NCBI GenBank assembly: GCA_005776585.1
Contig: SXOX01000103.1
Span: 137,410 to 201,409, forward strand
Direction: 5' to 3'
Length of the DNA: 64,000 bases
Source: Pseudomonadota bacterium
GTDB lineage: Bacteria > Myxococcota_A > UBA9042 > GCA-2863065
This document shows, one piece after another, positions 43,801 to 51,488 of the stretch. Under the pieces are notes generated by a model that saw nothing but the letters and a program-made list of their open reading frames with translations, was not told the DNA's origin and searched no databases. Position 1 is the stretch's first letter; each line of letters opens with the position of its first letter. A program made the translations under genes and the position numbers.

Positions 43801-45010
43801 CTACACGCTGGACGCCGGCCAATGGGCGGCGAACCACTCGGGCGTGACCAAGACGGTCAATACGCTGTGGGGCTTCGCGCAGAACGACGTGTGGGCTGTG
43901 ACCGATGGCGGCGGCATCCTGCACTACAACGGCGGCTGGGGGATGCAGGCCTCGCCCGTCGACACCAACCTGTACGGCATCTGGGGGACCTCTCCGACGG
44001 ACGTCTGGGCCGTGGGCGCCCAAGGCGCACTGCTTCACTTCGATGGCGTGACCTGGAAGGCCACGACGCTACCCAACGCGACCGGCGCCGAGCTTCGGGC
44101 GATTCACGGCTTCGGGCCCAAGGATATCCACGTCGTCTCGGGCGGCTGGGCCGGGGCGTGGCACTTCGATGGCACGGCGTGGACGAAGACGACCGGCATC
44201 TTCGGCGAGCTGCGCGACGTGCATGGCGCCTCCAGCAACGATGTGTGGGCCGTCGGGAGCTACGGGTCCATCTTCCGCTGGGACGGCAAGACCTGGAAGA
44301 ACCAGGCCGTCGCTGTGGCCAATCAGAAGGACCTCATGAGCGTCTTCGCGGTGAGCGCCAGCGAGGTCTACATCGTGGGGACGCAGGGCACCATCCTCGC
44401 GTGGGACGGCGCCGTGTGGGCCGCCATGAAGGCGCCCACCACCCGGAGCCTGCGTGCGGTGTGGGCCATGGGCAACAAGGACGTCTACGCCGTGGGCGAC
44501 GGTGGCGTCGTACTGCACTTCGATGGGAAGGCGTGGCAGGACCAGACGCTGCCGGGCAAGGTCAGCGAGAGCGCGCTCCTGGCGCTGTGGGGCGAGCCCA
44601 CGACCGGCAAGGCCTACGCGCTTGGCTCGAGCGAGGTGCTCATGGGGCCCATGCTCCAGGTGCCCGAACAGCAGGACCCCGCGGACGGCGGAAAGATGGA
44701 CGGCTTCCACGTCGCCTTCCAGACCAAGCCCGGTCCCGCGGCGCACTTCCACTACCTCTCGGTCGCGATTCCGGGACCGTTTGGCGACATCCCGGTGTGG
44801 AACATCACGACGGCGGGCGATGTCTTCGAGTTCGACCTGCCGGACTTCGCCAACATCCAGGGCACGCCGGGCATCGACGCTGGCGCCTACAAGCTGACCA
44901 TCATTCGCGTGTACAAGGACGACTTTGATATCGACAACTACGATCTGTCGGACTTCTCGAACCTCGATTGGCGCTCGTGGTCAATCGACACGACCTTCTT
45001 CACGAAGTAG
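40826..45010 (+). CDS. Lipoprotein with six IPT/TIG domains, Cys-rich module and C-terminal 7-bladed beta-propeller
   Basis: GAGGGAGG SD. The lipobox is NALAC. There are six repeats of the xxPxxGxxxGGxxVTIxGxGF..... type (IPT/TIG). The C-terminal part carries seven ~40-aa repeats, DVWAVGxxGxILHFDGxxW. 1394 aa. Confidence 0.8.
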   Translation: MRTTRQVLGSLTLVALFANALACSDIPNRATKTADTGAATQTDTGATTGQPDVATTDTGTPGPGADATATPEDVASDKLTITLVDPGVGSAKGGEVISVTGSKFVTGKTQVIIGKSQASQVFVVDSRRLTAITPPGVPGLVDVTVINPDPAPEKVEKATLALAFRYQSDVLVTSVEPASGLVAGGEPVTITGSGFSQGAPKLVFGGRAAIDPKVIDDGTIQATTPPSDDIGLVDVHLTNDRGSAVLKDAFLYHEPMAIDYVAPAAGPTAGGTEVTIVGHGFAPGIVVHFGGAQATKVEVKDSSRLIAVAPAGAAGAVTVAVESELGVAALPKGYIYTDSLPSGVQILSVLPSSGPIAGGTLVAIAAFGLGTKPDTQVRFGGETATLVSVDATKLIALVTAPPHAAGLVDVTVTSPAGAATAKNAFTYDALHKVLTVSPVSGPVAGGTPITIYGDGFASGADVRIGALQCGKVTVASPKQLSCTTPAGSPGAADVTVTQLGKAVILPKGFHYTSGGVELFVVDPSTGSQAGGTYVRLIGSGFEAPVKVTFAGTQATHTKVVSSTLVTVKTPPGPIGPVDVTLAAKSGTVTLPKSYTYFNPVSLFGGTWGPKVEGAVNVTVLDGGSGEPLPDAFVMLYVNPDTPYQGFTNVGGQITFSGPELAGKQMVSASKPEYASESVIAFNATNITIYLIPLKPPSPGPPPAGEAPIVSGTVTGLGKYVVVPPGDCKVKVPNAAAGTVCAKCKLDTECLGGGVCTTIGETGSFCTLGCKADVDCEKGYSCLSIGKLGAPQCVPTPGKKQARCFHTMPTIFSQPRPDWTQIPSHIADDAGLYSFSPSYLGEMAVVCLGGYVSWDNPDLFTPLAFGVRRHLNVAPGPNPADVALNHQLGRTVKVRLDAPPFDAKIGPEFIGALLYWDFGSDGAFVYDEFQDVLYGSSNDVMRIEHQPTAWAGDVFDATFSILGVAISFNDDGTQLPASFTLVRNLKDIDTDLAYTLDAGQWAANHSGVTKTVNTLWGFAQNDVWAVTDGGGILHYNGGWGMQASPVDTNLYGIWGTSPTDVWAVGAQGALLHFDGVTWKATTLPNATGAELRAIHGFGPKDIHVVSGGWAGAWHFDGTAWTKTTGIFGELRDVHGASSNDVWAVGSYGSIFRWDGKTWKNQAVAVANQKDLMSVFAVSASEVYIVGTQGTILAWDGAVWAAMKAPTTRSLRAVWAMGNKDVYAVGDGGVVLHFDGKAWQDQTLPGKVSESALLALWGEPTTGKAYALGSSEVLMGPMLQVPEQQDPADGGKMDGFHVAFQTKPGPAAHFHYLSVAIPGPFGDIPVWNITTAGDVFEFDLPDFANIQGTPGIDAGAYKLTIIRVYKDDFDIDNYDLSDFSNLDWRSWSIDTTFFTK

Positions 45011-45020
45011 CGCGGTCGAG

Positions 45021-46892
45021 TTGCGGTCCCTCCTGTCCGTCGTCGTCGCGCTCGCGCTGGCCTCGTGCGCGCGCGACACCCTGCCGACAGACGACGTGTA
45101 CACCACGACGTCCGACGCCAAGAAGACCGATAGCGGCACGACGGGTGGCGACACTGGGCCGCTGGCCGATCCCGGGCCGGTCGGTCCAGACACGCCCAAG
45201 GTAGACGCTGGGCCCTTGCCGGAGTCGCCGTGGGCCCACCTCGCGCTCGGAACGACCGAGACGGTGCGCCGTATCGTTGGCCTCGCCAACGGCACCTTCG
45301 TCGCGGTCGGCGACCACGGCACGCTGTTGAGGTACTCGGGCACGACGTGGGCGCCCGAGCCGCACATGACCGACGCCGATCTCCTCGGCGCCGCCGCCGG
45401 CAACGATGAACGCGTCTATGTCGTCGGCAGGAAGGGCACCTTCCTCGTCCGAGACACGGCCGGTTGGAATGTGGTCGACACCGGCGTGACGGTCGATCTG
45501 TACGGCGTCACGGCGTGGGACGGCCACGCCTATCTCGTGGGAGACGCAGGCACCGTGCTGCGCTTCGACGGCAAGAAGGTCGAGCCCGACGTGGCCAAGG
45601 GTGCCTCGACCGATCTGCGCGCGGTGTTCGCGCCCCCGGGTGGCGTGCCGTTCGCGGGCGGCGCCAAGGGAACGCTCTATAAGCGCACTGGAAACCAGTG
45701 GGTCGCGGCCAAGGTCGCCGACGCGGGCGTCACGTTCACGGACGTCCACGGGACGAGCGGGCAATTCGTCGTCGCCGTCGGCTCCGCAGGGACCATCGCG
45801 CTGACGACCGGCGGCACCTGGTCGCTCCAGGTGTCCAACGACCCGGACAATCGGGACCTGTACGGCGTGTGGGCCCGCTCCGCGACCGAGGTCTACCTTG
45901 CGGGCGATCGGGGGACGGCCATCGCCTACGACGGAAAGAAATGGACCACTCAGACCCTCGAAGGGCCGCTCCACACCATCGCCGACCTGCGGGCCATCTC
46001 GGGCGTCGTCGCGGGTGACAAGGTCCGCGTCGTCGCGGGTGGCACCCACGGGGATGCCGTCACCTTCGACGGCAAAGCGTGGCGCGACACGACGCTCGCG
46101 ACCGACGTGGCGCTCCTGTCGGTTGCGCTTCTCACGGCGAGCGACGCGCTGGCCGTCGGCGAGAAGGGGCTGATGTTGCGATGGACGCCGTACCGCGGCT
46201 TGGGCGCGCTCGCCTCGGGCACGACCAAGGATCTGCGGGGCGTCGCGTCCCTTGGCGGTGGCTCGGCCCTCGTCGTCGGCGAGTCCGGCGTGGCTCTGCG
46301 CGTCGACGACGGCGCCGCTCCGCTCGCGCTCGACAGCGGGTCGCCGCGACACCTCAATGGCGTGGCGGGCGTTGGCGGTGCCGCCGTTGTCGTTGGGGAC
46401 GCCGGGACCGCCCTGCGCTACGACGGCAAGGGGTTCGTCGCCGAGACGACGGGCGCCGTCGCGCGCATCAGGGCCATCGCGCTCGACGACACGGGCGCGG
46501 GCTGGGCCGTGGGCGATGGCGGCGCCATCGTCGCGCGCTCCAAAGACGGCACGTGGACGGCAGAGACGGCCCCGACGGTCGGCAATCTCAACGGCGTGGC
46601 GCGGCGTGGCGCGGAGGCGTGGGCCGTCGGTGACAACGGCCTCGTCTTGCATCGCGATCAGAACGGCTGGACCAAAGAGTTTGAGTCTCCAGGCGAGTTC
46701 CTCTTCGGCGTCTATACCTCGCCCTCACTCACGCTCGCGGTGGGCTGGACCGGGCGCATCCTGCGCCGTGAGACGACGACGTGGGTGGCCGAGCGCAGTG
46801 ACACGGTCAACGTCCTCCAGGCCATCGCCGGCAGCGACGGCGGGCCCGTGTTCATCGTGGGACGCAAGGGCGCCGTTCTCCGGAGGCAATGA
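45021..46892 (+). CDS. Lipoprotein made of about 14 beta-propeller blades (same repeat family)
   Basis: TTG 45021 (MRSLLSVVVALALASC lipobox) lies 10 nt after the preceding stop. About 14 repeats of DLxGVxxxxxxxxxAVGDxGTxLRxDGxxW. Confidence 0.75.
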   Translation: MRSLLSVVVALALASCARDTLPTDDVYTTTSDAKKTDSGTTGGDTGPLADPGPVGPDTPKVDAGPLPESPWAHLALGTTETVRRIVGLANGTFVAVGDHGTLLRYSGTTWAPEPHMTDADLLGAAAGNDERVYVVGRKGTFLVRDTAGWNVVDTGVTVDLYGVTAWDGHAYLVGDAGTVLRFDGKKVEPDVAKGASTDLRAVFAPPGGVPFAGGAKGTLYKRTGNQWVAAKVADAGVTFTDVHGTSGQFVVAVGSAGTIALTTGGTWSLQVSNDPDNRDLYGVWARSATEVYLAGDRGTAIAYDGKKWTTQTLEGPLHTIADLRAISGVVAGDKVRVVAGGTHGDAVTFDGKAWRDTTLATDVALLSVALLTASDALAVGEKGLMLRWTPYRGLGALASGTTKDLRGVASLGGGSALVVGESGVALRVDDGAAPLALDSGSPRHLNGVAGVGGAAVVVGDAGTALRYDGKGFVAETTGAVARIRAIALDDTGAGWAVGDGGAIVARSKDGTWTAETAPTVGNLNGVARRGAEAWAVGDNGLVLHRDQNGWTKEFESPGEFLFGVYTSPSLTLAVGWTGRILRRETTTWVAERSDTVNVLQAIAGSDGGPVFIVGRKGAVLRRQ

Positions 46893-49555
46893 TGCGAAGC
46901 GTGGAGCGAATCACCGTGGCCGTGCTCGCCGCGGGGCTGAGCGCGTGTGGGAGCGCGACCTACGATGGAGGCGCGTACGTGCCGCCCGACGTCGGTCCCG
47001 AGACGTTCCACAAGGACGCGGGTGCGGACCTCGGCGCGGGCGACGTGCGCTCGGACGTCGCGACGGATGGCAATTCGGCCGATGGCGAGACGGCAACCCA
47101 AGCGGATACCGGGCCGGGCTTCGTGCCGCACTGGGAGGCCGAGAGCTTGGACCTCGGCGAGGACTTCGTGTTGCGCGCGGTGTGGGGCACCGGCACCGAT
47201 CACCTCGTCGCGGTCGGCAATAAGGCCACCATCATCGAGCGCCACGTCGATGCGGCTGACGGGGCCTGGACGCTCGAGAACCAGAACGTCGAGCTGGATA
47301 CTTTGAACGGCGTATGGGGTGCCTCGATTGACGACGTCTGGGCCGTCGGTGCCTACGGAGCCATCATGCACCGCACGCCCGCGGGCTGGAACGCCGGCAC
47401 GAGCTGCGCCAGCGATCTGGCCTGTGACCTTGGCGATCCGTGCGTCCAGGGGAAGTGCACGCCCGATGGCAAGTGCTTGCAGACCCCGACGGGCAAGCCC
47501 GGCTGTTGTGGGACGCGCACGCTGGAGAGCCACTGGGACGACGGTTCGCTGGCCGGATGGACGGTGGCTGAGACGGCGAGCCCGAAGACCGGCGTCGTCT
47601 GGAACGTGACGAGCCATGTCGACGACCAGAGCGGCAAGGAGCGGTGGACGAGCCCCAAGCACGCGCTCTACTTTGGCAACCCGGACGCGCCGTGCGCGGG
47701 CAACCCCGCCAAGCGGTGCCCCAACTTCGATGGCAATGGTCAAGTCGTCGGTGCGACGGCCACCTCGACCGCCTTCGCCCTGCCCAAGGGCGCCAAGGTC
47801 AAGGTCGCTTTCCAGGTCTTCGTCGACACGGAGACGGGCTCGACCTATGACCTGCTCGAGCTCCGCGTCGTCAAGCAGGGCGTGGAGTCGGTCGTGTGGA
47901 CCAAGGAGGCCATCGGCGGCACGACCAGCGAAGGCTTCGTCAAGGCGACCGCGGACCTCTCGGCCTTTGCCGGAGACACCATTCAGCTACGACTGTCGTT
48001 CAACTCCGTGGATGGCTCGGCCAACAACACTGAGGGCGTCTATGTGGACGACCTAATCGTCGATACGCAGTGCGGCGCCGGCAATGCGACGGGCTACCCC
48101 ACGCTTTGGGGGGTGTGGGGCACGGCGAGTGACAACGTTTTCGCCGTGGGCAACGATGGGACGGCGCTCCGGTTCGATGGGACCACGTGGCGACGTCAGA
48201 TGGGCGGGGATCAGGGCGACCTGTTCGGGTTGGGCGGTGACGGCACGACCACCATCGCCGTCGGGACGGGCGGCACCGTCTTTGCCGACTTCGGCAAGGG
48301 GCTCGCCAGCGAGACGCTTGGAACCAAGACACTTCGTGGCGTCGCCATGCACGGCGGCGTGGCGTGGGTCGTCGGTGACGAAGGCACGCTGCTGCGGCAC
48401 GACACCAACGGCTGGACGCCGATGGAGAGCGGGACGAAGGCCAACCTGAACGCGGTCTGGACCAACGGTACGCTCACGGTCGCCGGAGGTGCCGGTGGCG
48501 TCACGGTCGTGGACTCCGGTGACGGCTTCAAGACGCAGTCGTTGTCAAACGGCGCGACAGTCTACAGTATTTGGGGATTCGACGCGACGCATGTCTATGC
48601 GGTCGGGTCGTGCGATCTGCATCTCCTCGGCGCGTCCGGCTGGGCGGACAACGGCGACATCACGAACACGAACTGCAAGACCGAGCTCCGCGGGCTCATC
48701 GGCTTCGGCGCCGACAAGCCACTCCTGGCGGTCGGGGGCGGCGGCACCACGGTCGCCAACCCGCTCGTCGGCTGGAGCACGCAGAAGACGCCCACGACCT
48801 CGGCGCTCTTCGGGGTCTGGGGCACCGAGTTCGGCGACCTCTGGGCCGTCGGCAATGGCGGCGTCATCCTGCGCTGGGGCAAGACCGGCTGGACCAGCGT
48901 GACCTCGCCTACGAAGCAGAACCTCTACGCTGTTTGGGGACGCTCCGCTTCGGACATCTTCGCGGCAGGTCAGGGGGGCGTGCTCTTGCACTGGGATGGC
49001 GCACTGTGGTCGACGATTCGCTCATCGACCACGGCGCATCTGCGCGCGGTGTGGGGCCTGGACGCCTCCCATGTCTACGCCGTCGGGACGGACGCCACCA
49101 TCATGATGTACAACGGGCAGTATTGGAGCCAGCAGAAGGTTGAGCCCGAGCCCGTGGGCAACGAGCTCGTGCCGGTGAAGGGCCTCTTCCTCGACGTCTG
49201 GGGCCGCGCCGCGGACGACATCTGGGTCATCGGCGCCGACGGCATCCTGGTCCATGCTGAGATCAGTGCCGAGACCAAGAAGCTCGTCTGGCTCAAGGTC
49301 AACCTGGCCGACCCCAACAAGGTCACGATGTGGGGCGCGACCGGCCACAAGGCCGATACGACCGAGATGCTGCTCGTCGGTCGCGAGGGCACCGTGCTGC
49401 GCTTCAATGGCGTCGGCTACGAGACCCAGAAGACGGGGAGCATCGCCACATTGTACGACACCCTGGCGTTCAAGGACGGTTCGGTGGTCGCGGTCGGCGA
49501 TCTCGGGACCGTCCTGCGCTGGCACGCCAAGCCACCAGCACCACCAAAGCGCTGA
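46889..49555 (+). CDS. Lipoprotein with about 14 beta-propeller blades interrupted by a Cys-rich plus MAM-like domain
   Basis: The ATG overlaps the preceding stop (ATGA). The lipobox is AAGLSAC. Two blades precede an insertion at about 47400..48075 (DPCVQGKCTPDGKC..., YDLLELRVV...IQLRLSFNSVD...EGVYVDDLIV), and about 12 blades follow. 888 aa. Confidence 0.8.
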   Translation: MMRSVERITVAVLAAGLSACGSATYDGGAYVPPDVGPETFHKDAGADLGAGDVRSDVATDGNSADGETATQADTGPGFVPHWEAESLDLGEDFVLRAVWGTGTDHLVAVGNKATIIERHVDAADGAWTLENQNVELDTLNGVWGASIDDVWAVGAYGAIMHRTPAGWNAGTSCASDLACDLGDPCVQGKCTPDGKCLQTPTGKPGCCGTRTLESHWDDGSLAGWTVAETASPKTGVVWNVTSHVDDQSGKERWTSPKHALYFGNPDAPCAGNPAKRCPNFDGNGQVVGATATSTAFALPKGAKVKVAFQVFVDTETGSTYDLLELRVVKQGVESVVWTKEAIGGTTSEGFVKATADLSAFAGDTIQLRLSFNSVDGSANNTEGVYVDDLIVDTQCGAGNATGYPTLWGVWGTASDNVFAVGNDGTALRFDGTTWRRQMGGDQGDLFGLGGDGTTTIAVGTGGTVFADFGKGLASETLGTKTLRGVAMHGGVAWVVGDEGTLLRHDTNGWTPMESGTKANLNAVWTNGTLTVAGGAGGVTVVDSGDGFKTQSLSNGATVYSIWGFDATHVYAVGSCDLHLLGASGWADNGDITNTNCKTELRGLIGFGADKPLLAVGGGGTTVANPLVGWSTQKTPTTSALFGVWGTEFGDLWAVGNGGVILRWGKTGWTSVTSPTKQNLYAVWGRSASDIFAAGQGGVLLHWDGALWSTIRSSTTAHLRAVWGLDASHVYAVGTDATIMMYNGQYWSQQKVEPEPVGNELVPVKGLFLDVWGRAADDIWVIGADGILVHAEISAETKKLVWLKVNLADPNKVTMWGATGHKADTTEMLLVGREGTVLRFNGVGYETQKTGSIATLYDTLAFKDGSVVAVGDLGTVLRWHAKPPAPPKR

Positions 49556-50159
49556 GAAGCGCCGCTCCAGGGAGCGGCCGCGCGCCTGCGTGACAGCCGC
49601 CCCCGCCGGAGAGGCTCGGCGTCGCGCCCGCATCCGTCGCGCTCTGGACGTCCGACTTCGGTGGCGGCAAGCCGCCGGCGTCCGAGGTGACCATCAGCCC
49701 GCTATCCGGGACCGCGGTCGGCGCGACGTCCGAGCCCGACTGGGTCGCGTCACCCGCAGCGTTGCCCGTGTCTGGCGCGGGCCCTGCCGGGAGGCAGTCG
49801 AAGGCGCCGGTCTTCTCGCTCCAACCGCAGGAGGTGCCAATCGCGCACTTGAGCGACCGAACGGTGCCCGCGTCGCACCACTTCACGACCATCAGCTCGG
49901 CTGCGCATCGGCCCGTGACCGGAACGTCGCCGCAGGACGCGTCGACACAGTCGAACGCGCGCAGCGCATCGCTCCAGGCGCAGACCGAGCCCAGCTTGCA
50001 GTCCAGCGTCTTCTCCTCGCCGTGCTCGCACCAGATCACCCGCAACGCCGACTCGCAGTACCCCTGTGCGGTCACCTTCGCGCCGCAAAGCTTGGCGGAC
50101 GCGGGCGTGGCCGTGAGCAGCACCAGGAGGATGAGCCAGAGGGGCGAGGATCGCCGCAT
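49470..50159 (-). CDS. Small secreted protein with two 6-Cys repeats and a MYXO-CTERM-like sorting tail
   Basis: Signal peptide MRRSSPLWLILLVLLTATPASA. Two repeats of CGxxVTxxGxCxxxxxxVxWCxxGxxxxLxCxxGxxCxWSxxxxAFDC. The C-terminal GGGGCHAG plus hydrophobic helix plus Arg-rich tail resembles MYXO-CTERM. The 3' end overlaps the convergent gene by 86 nt. Confidence 0.65.
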   Translation of the reverse strand: MRRSSPLWLILLVLLTATPASAKLCGAKVTAQGYCESALRVIWCEHGEEKTLDCKLGSVCAWSDALRAFDCVDASCGDVPVTGRCAAELMVVKWCDAGTVRSLKCAIGTSCGWSEKTGAFDCLPAGPAPDTGNAAGDATQSGSDVAPTAVPDSGLMVTSDAGGLPPPKSDVQSATDAGATPSLSGGGGCHAGARPLPGAALLSALVVLVAWRASAGRSRDRRPRPPNRP

Positions 50160-50226
50160 GTGGAGAAGTCTATGGTTCGGCTGCCACCGGGGCAATTTTT
50201 CCACTGCGGCGTCGAGGTGTGGCGCG

Positions 50227-51402
50227 TCAGCTTTGCGCGCCGTCGTAGCCGCAGAACTCCTCGTAATCGATGAGCTCCGTGATCGAGGGCGCGTCACCGC
50301 AGACGGGGCACTGGCTGTCGCGGCGGACCCGCAGCTCGCGGAACTCCATCTGGAGCGCGTCGAAGGTCAAGAGGCGGCCCACAAGCGGCGAGCCCACCCC
50401 AAGGAGCACCTTGATGGTCTCGATGGCCTGGAGCACGCCGACGACGCCCGGCAGGACGCCCAGCACGCCAGCCTCTTGGCAGCTCGGCGCCATGCCCGGC
50501 GGCGGCGGCTCCGGGTACAGGCACCGATAGCAGGGCCCCTTGCCGGGCCAGAACACGGTCGCCTGGCCGTCGAACCGAAAGATCGAGCCGTGCACGTTGG
50601 GCTTGTTTAGGAACACGCAGGCGTCATTGACCAGGTAGCGGGTCGCGAAGTTGTCGCATCCGTCGAGGATGACGTCGTACTCGCGAAACAGGTCCATGAC
50701 GTTGCCGCTGTTGAGGCGCTCTCGGTACTTCTTGACCACGACCTCTGAGTTGAGCCCCTTGATCGCCGCCTCGGCCGAATCGACCTTGGCCATACCAACA
50801 CGGTCTTCGCTGTGCAGAATCTGGCGCTGGAGGTTGGAGAGGTCCACCGTGTCGGCGTCGATGATCCCCATCGTTCCGATGCCCGCGGCCGCGAGGTAGA
50901 TCGCAGCGGGACTGCCCAGGCCGCCGGCGCCGATGCAGAGCACTTTTGCGTCGAGCAGCTTGGCCTGACCCGTCTCCCCGACCTCTGGAAGAATGAGGTG
51001 GCGACTATACCGCGCCATCTGGTCGCGGGTGAGCTGACGGCGCCGCTCGACCTTGTGCCCGGCCTGGGCGTACTTGCCAAAGCCGCCCTGAACCGAGCTC
51101 ACGTTCTGGTAGCCGAGCAGCTTGAGGCTGGCGGCGGCGAGCGCGCTCCGCACGCCGCCGGCGCAGTAGATGGCGATGGGCGTGGTGCGATCGGGCACCG
51201 TGTTCTCGATCTTGAGCTCCAGGAGGCCGCGCGGAATCAAGCGGGCGCCGGGCACGACGCCCTGCGCATGCTCGTCTGGCTCGCGCACGTCGATGACCGC
51301 GAGGTGGGGATCGCGTTGCTGCTGCGAGACCAGCTCGTCGGGAGAGATCTCGCGGATGCTGCGCTTGGTCTCCGCGAGGAGATCGCTGAAGCTCATGGCC
51401 AT
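50227..51402 (-). CDS. moeB: ThiF/MoeB-family adenylyltransferase with N-terminal rhodanese domain
   Basis: Rhodanese motif AVIDVREPDE...IAIYCAGGVRS, followed by RYSRHLILPEVGETGQAKLLDAKVLCIGAGGLGSPAAIYLAAAG (E1-like ATP site) and the CYRC...CPVC zinc motifs. 391 aa. Confidence 0.85.
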   Translation of the reverse strand: MAMSFSDLLAETKRSIREISPDELVSQQQRDPHLAVIDVREPDEHAQGVVPGARLIPRGLLELKIENTVPDRTTPIAIYCAGGVRSALAAASLKLLGYQNVSSVQGGFGKYAQAGHKVERRRQLTRDQMARYSRHLILPEVGETGQAKLLDAKVLCIGAGGLGSPAAIYLAAAGIGTMGIIDADTVDLSNLQRQILHSEDRVGMAKVDSAEAAIKGLNSEVVVKKYRERLNSGNVMDLFREYDVILDGCDNFATRYLVNDACVFLNKPNVHGSIFRFDGQATVFWPGKGPCYRCLYPEPPPPGMAPSCQEAGVLGVLPGVVGVLQAIETIKVLLGVGSPLVGRLLTFDALQMEFRELRVRRDSQCPVCGDAPSITELIDYEEFCGYDGAQS

Positions 51403-51488
51403 GGCGGTTGTCCTTGTCTACGTCTGCGGCTCACCCGGCCAGCGCTCCCAACCCGTCGGGGCGCCAGGCCGGTCCGGAAAGGATGCGC

